Shown here piece after piece: positions 61,249-64,000 of a stretch of 64,000 nucleotides of DNA (the stretch's first letter is position 1; every line of letters begins with the position of its first letter). The position numbers were made by a program, and so were the translations under genes. The notes below the pieces were generated by a model that worked only from the letters and a program-made list of their open reading frames with translations, was not told the DNA's origin and did no database searches. Source of the DNA: Mustelus asterias (taxonomy: Eukaryota); assembly GCF_964213995.1 (NCBI RefSeq), contig NC_135808.1, positions 83,824,001 through 83,888,000 on the forward strand, given 5' to 3'.

Positions 61249-62945
61249 GTTGTAGCAAATGTGGAGAAGCGCAGTAGGAGAGTGGCATGTCCAATGTGGA
61301 GCAGTGCAGCAGAGGAGCGGCAAACCCAATATGGAGTAGCGCGGGATGAGGACAGTGATCCTAATGAGGAGCACTGGGAAAGTTGAGAGTTTAACCGAGT
61401 GCTGAGTGGAGTGGGAGGTTTAGCAGCGAACTTGTATAACGTAATGTGGAATCAGAGAGCTGATCCCAGTGTACAACAGTGTGTTAATAAGGAGGTGAGT
61501 GGTGATCGCAGTATAGAACAGCATGAGAAGACTGGCAATCCCAGTGTGGAGCAGTGCAAAAGGGGAGCACTGAACCCAGAGTGGAACTGCGCAGCAGAAG
61601 GGGAAGGAAACTAGTATGCAGCAGAGCGGGAGGACAGCGGTCAATCCATTGTGGAGCTGCATGAGAGGAGAGAGATGTATCCAGTCTGGAGCAGCGAGAT
61701 TGGTGAACCAAGTGTAGAACAATGTGTTAGGAGGATGGCGAAACCAGTGTGTATCAACATGGTCGAATCGGCAACCCAATATGAAGCAACCCGGGAGCAG
61801 AGCGGAGAACCCAGCATGGAGTGATGTGGGAGAAGAGCTGCAAACTCAATATAATGTGACACAGGACATAAACAATGATCCTATTTGGAGTGGTGCAGCA
61901 AGAGAGCAATGAACCCCGCGTGGGGAGCATGGGAGAAGAGCGATGAAACCAATGTGGAGCAATGCAAGAGAGGTATGGTGAGTCGAATATGGAGCAGCGC
62001 AGGAGGAGATCGATAAATCCAGTTTGGAGCAGTGGAGGAGAAAAGAGGTGAAGACAGAGTGGACCATCATTGGAGCAGAGTGATGAAACCAGTGTCGGCA
62101 GAGTGTGATGAACCCAGTCGAGCAGTGCGCATGGATAGTGATCCCAGTTTGGAGCAGCGCAGGATGAGAGGAACGAAACTTGCATGCAGCAGCGGGGAAG
62201 CAGGGGAATGAAATCTTTCTGTTGCAGTGCAGGAGGACAGTGGTGAACCCAGGGGAGCAGTGTAGGAAGGAGCGGTGAACCCAGTGTGGCGCAGCGCAGG
62301 AGGAGATTAGTGAACCTCGTTGAGCAGCGCAGGAGCAGCGCACCGAACCCAATGCAGAACCATGTGGGTCAATAACGATGAGCCCAGTGTTGGGCAGCAC
62401 AGCAGTATAGCAGCAAACCCAGGGTGGAGCAGTGCAGGAGGAGAGCGCTGAACCCAGTGTGGAGTAGCGCAGCAGAAGAGGGGGGAAACCAGTGTGGCCT
62501 AGTGTAGACAGAGTATGATGAACCCAGTAGAGCAGTGTGAGTGGATGGCAAACCCAGTATGGAGCAGCATGGGAGGTGAGCGGAGACCCCAGTTTAGAAG
62601 AGCGTGGAGGAGGTGGAAGGCCGAGTCAAGTGTGGAGCTCTGTGCCAGGAGAGTGAGGAACCCAGCTTGGGGCAGTGGTGATCCCAGCGTGGAGCAGGAC
62701 AGGATGAGAGGAACAAAACCTCTGTGCAGCAGCACGGGAGGAGAGCGAAGAAAACTTTGTGTAGCAGTGTGGGAAGACAGTGGTGAACCCAGTGTTGAGC
62801 TGCGCAGGAGGAGATCAGTGAACCCCGTGGAGCAATGCAAGAGTGCGCTGAACCCAGTTTGGAGCCACGTGGAAGGATCATGATGAATCCAGCGTTGTGC
62901 AGCACTGCAGTATAGCAGCAAACCCAGGGTGGAGCAGTGTGGGTC

Positions 62946-64000
62946 AGTAATTACATCCAACAGCAACTGCAAGAGAAATACAGAGAGCAGAACCAACCCT
63001 TCTACATGACCTTCTTTGATCTCACTTAAATGCCTTCAACAATGTCAACCCTGAGGGATTATGGAGCTCATAATCCCTCTGTTTTGGCTGCTCCAAAAGT
63101 GTGTCACCATTCTCCACCTGCTCCACAACGACAGCTGTATTCCTGACTAACGGATCCACCACAGAACTAACTCACTTTCAGAATGGGGTCACGCACTCTG
63201 TGTGATCACACCAACGCTCTTCTCGATCTTGCATCCTGCAACGCTCCATCTCACCCTCAGCAAGCTGCCACTGGAGTTGAGCTAAATTACAGAACAATCA
63301 GGAATCTGTTCAGCAGCCAATATGTACAGCCCTGATCCAAGGTCGTCCCATCATCTGCATGGAACCACATTATGCAGACGATGCTCATGCCTGTGCACAA
63401 TTGACGGCTAAGATCCAAGCTATCGTCAACTCCTTCACCAAGACGTGCGGGAGCATGGCCCTTACACTAAATATCTGTAAGACAAACCTGCCCTCACCAC
63501 AGAACTGCCTCCCGAATGGTTATCAAAGTAGGCAACAAGGCCTTGGTAAATGTGGACTTTTTCCATACACTAGGAGCCCACTGTCAACAACGGCAGACAA
63601 CAATGAACTTCAACCCTGTCCTCAGTGTACTAGCACAGCCTTCAGTCGCCTGAAGAAGATCAGGAACTCAAGAGCCAGCACAAAGCTCATGGTCTCCAGG
63701 ACAGATGTGTTACAACCCTCTTATATGGCTCAGAGAGTGGACTATGTACTGCAGGCAACTCAAAACCCTGGAGAGGTACTAGCAGCGCTGACTCTGCAAG
63801 GTCTTGCAAATCCATGGGCAGCATAGGCGCACCAACGTCAGTGCTCTCGGTCAGGTCAATATCCCAACATCGAAGCATTGACTATGCTGAGTCAGCTCTG
63901 CTGGGCTGGCCACATTGTCCATGTATCTGACACAACACTCCCAAAGCAAATGCTGTACTCGGAGCTTCAATACAGCAAGTGAAACCCAGGAGGGCAGAGA
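62946..64000 (+). mobile_element. RTE LINE RT/3' fragment (macro-repeat copy, runs off the window)
   Basis: Same junction; retains HYADDAH (ORF 63359-63826). Confidence 0.85.

Larger units (their letters stand above)
26190..62945. repeat. Satellite 2: diverged 35-bp purine-rich tandem repeat in many blocks interleaved with TE fragments
   Basis: Consensus near GGAGGAGAGCGGTGAACCCAGTGTGGAGCAGTGCG. Exact 35-bp period visible at ~29030-29125. Confidence 0.95.

Noticed and set aside
26190-62996. Many His/Cys-rich minus-strand ORFs (LLHTG, HCSTLGS, APHWVH) resembling zinc-finger or metal-binding proteins
   Set aside because: They are the three frames of a 35-bp repeat (not a multiple of 3). There is no C-x2-C-x12-H-x3-H spacing and no frame conservation between copies.

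Overview
Eukaryotic DNA that is almost entirely repeat-derived, most likely from a cartilaginous fish (shark), judging from HE1/V-SINE-type SINEs and CR1, RTE, Rex1/Babar and Penelope-like elements. I see no host gene. From 1-12 kb there is a nest of CR1 LINEs containing a deleted LTR element with an envelope-like remnant, SINEs and small Penelope-derived inserts. From 12.8-18.7 kb there is a ~35-bp purine-rich satellite carrying a solo LTR. From 19.8-64 kb a composite array alternates a second ~35-bp satellite with RTE-LINE fragments that share one junction; it is interrupted by a near-intact Gypsy retrotransposon, a Rex1/Babar fragment, a solo LTR and a partial-tandem Penelope-like element. 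Most notable are: (i) the Gypsy has no tRNA primer-binding site but a 13-nt complement to its own predicted 5' end, suggesting self-priming; (ii) minimal hammerhead ribozyme motifs in the Penelope-like element and in short non-autonomous derivatives with 13-14 bp TSDs; (iii) a Cys-rich, fusion-protein-like env remnant; (iv) the LINE-plus-satellite macro-repeat. All coordinates and identities were read by eye, so boundaries of degenerate elements are approximate. Most short ORFs in the track are artefacts of repeats.
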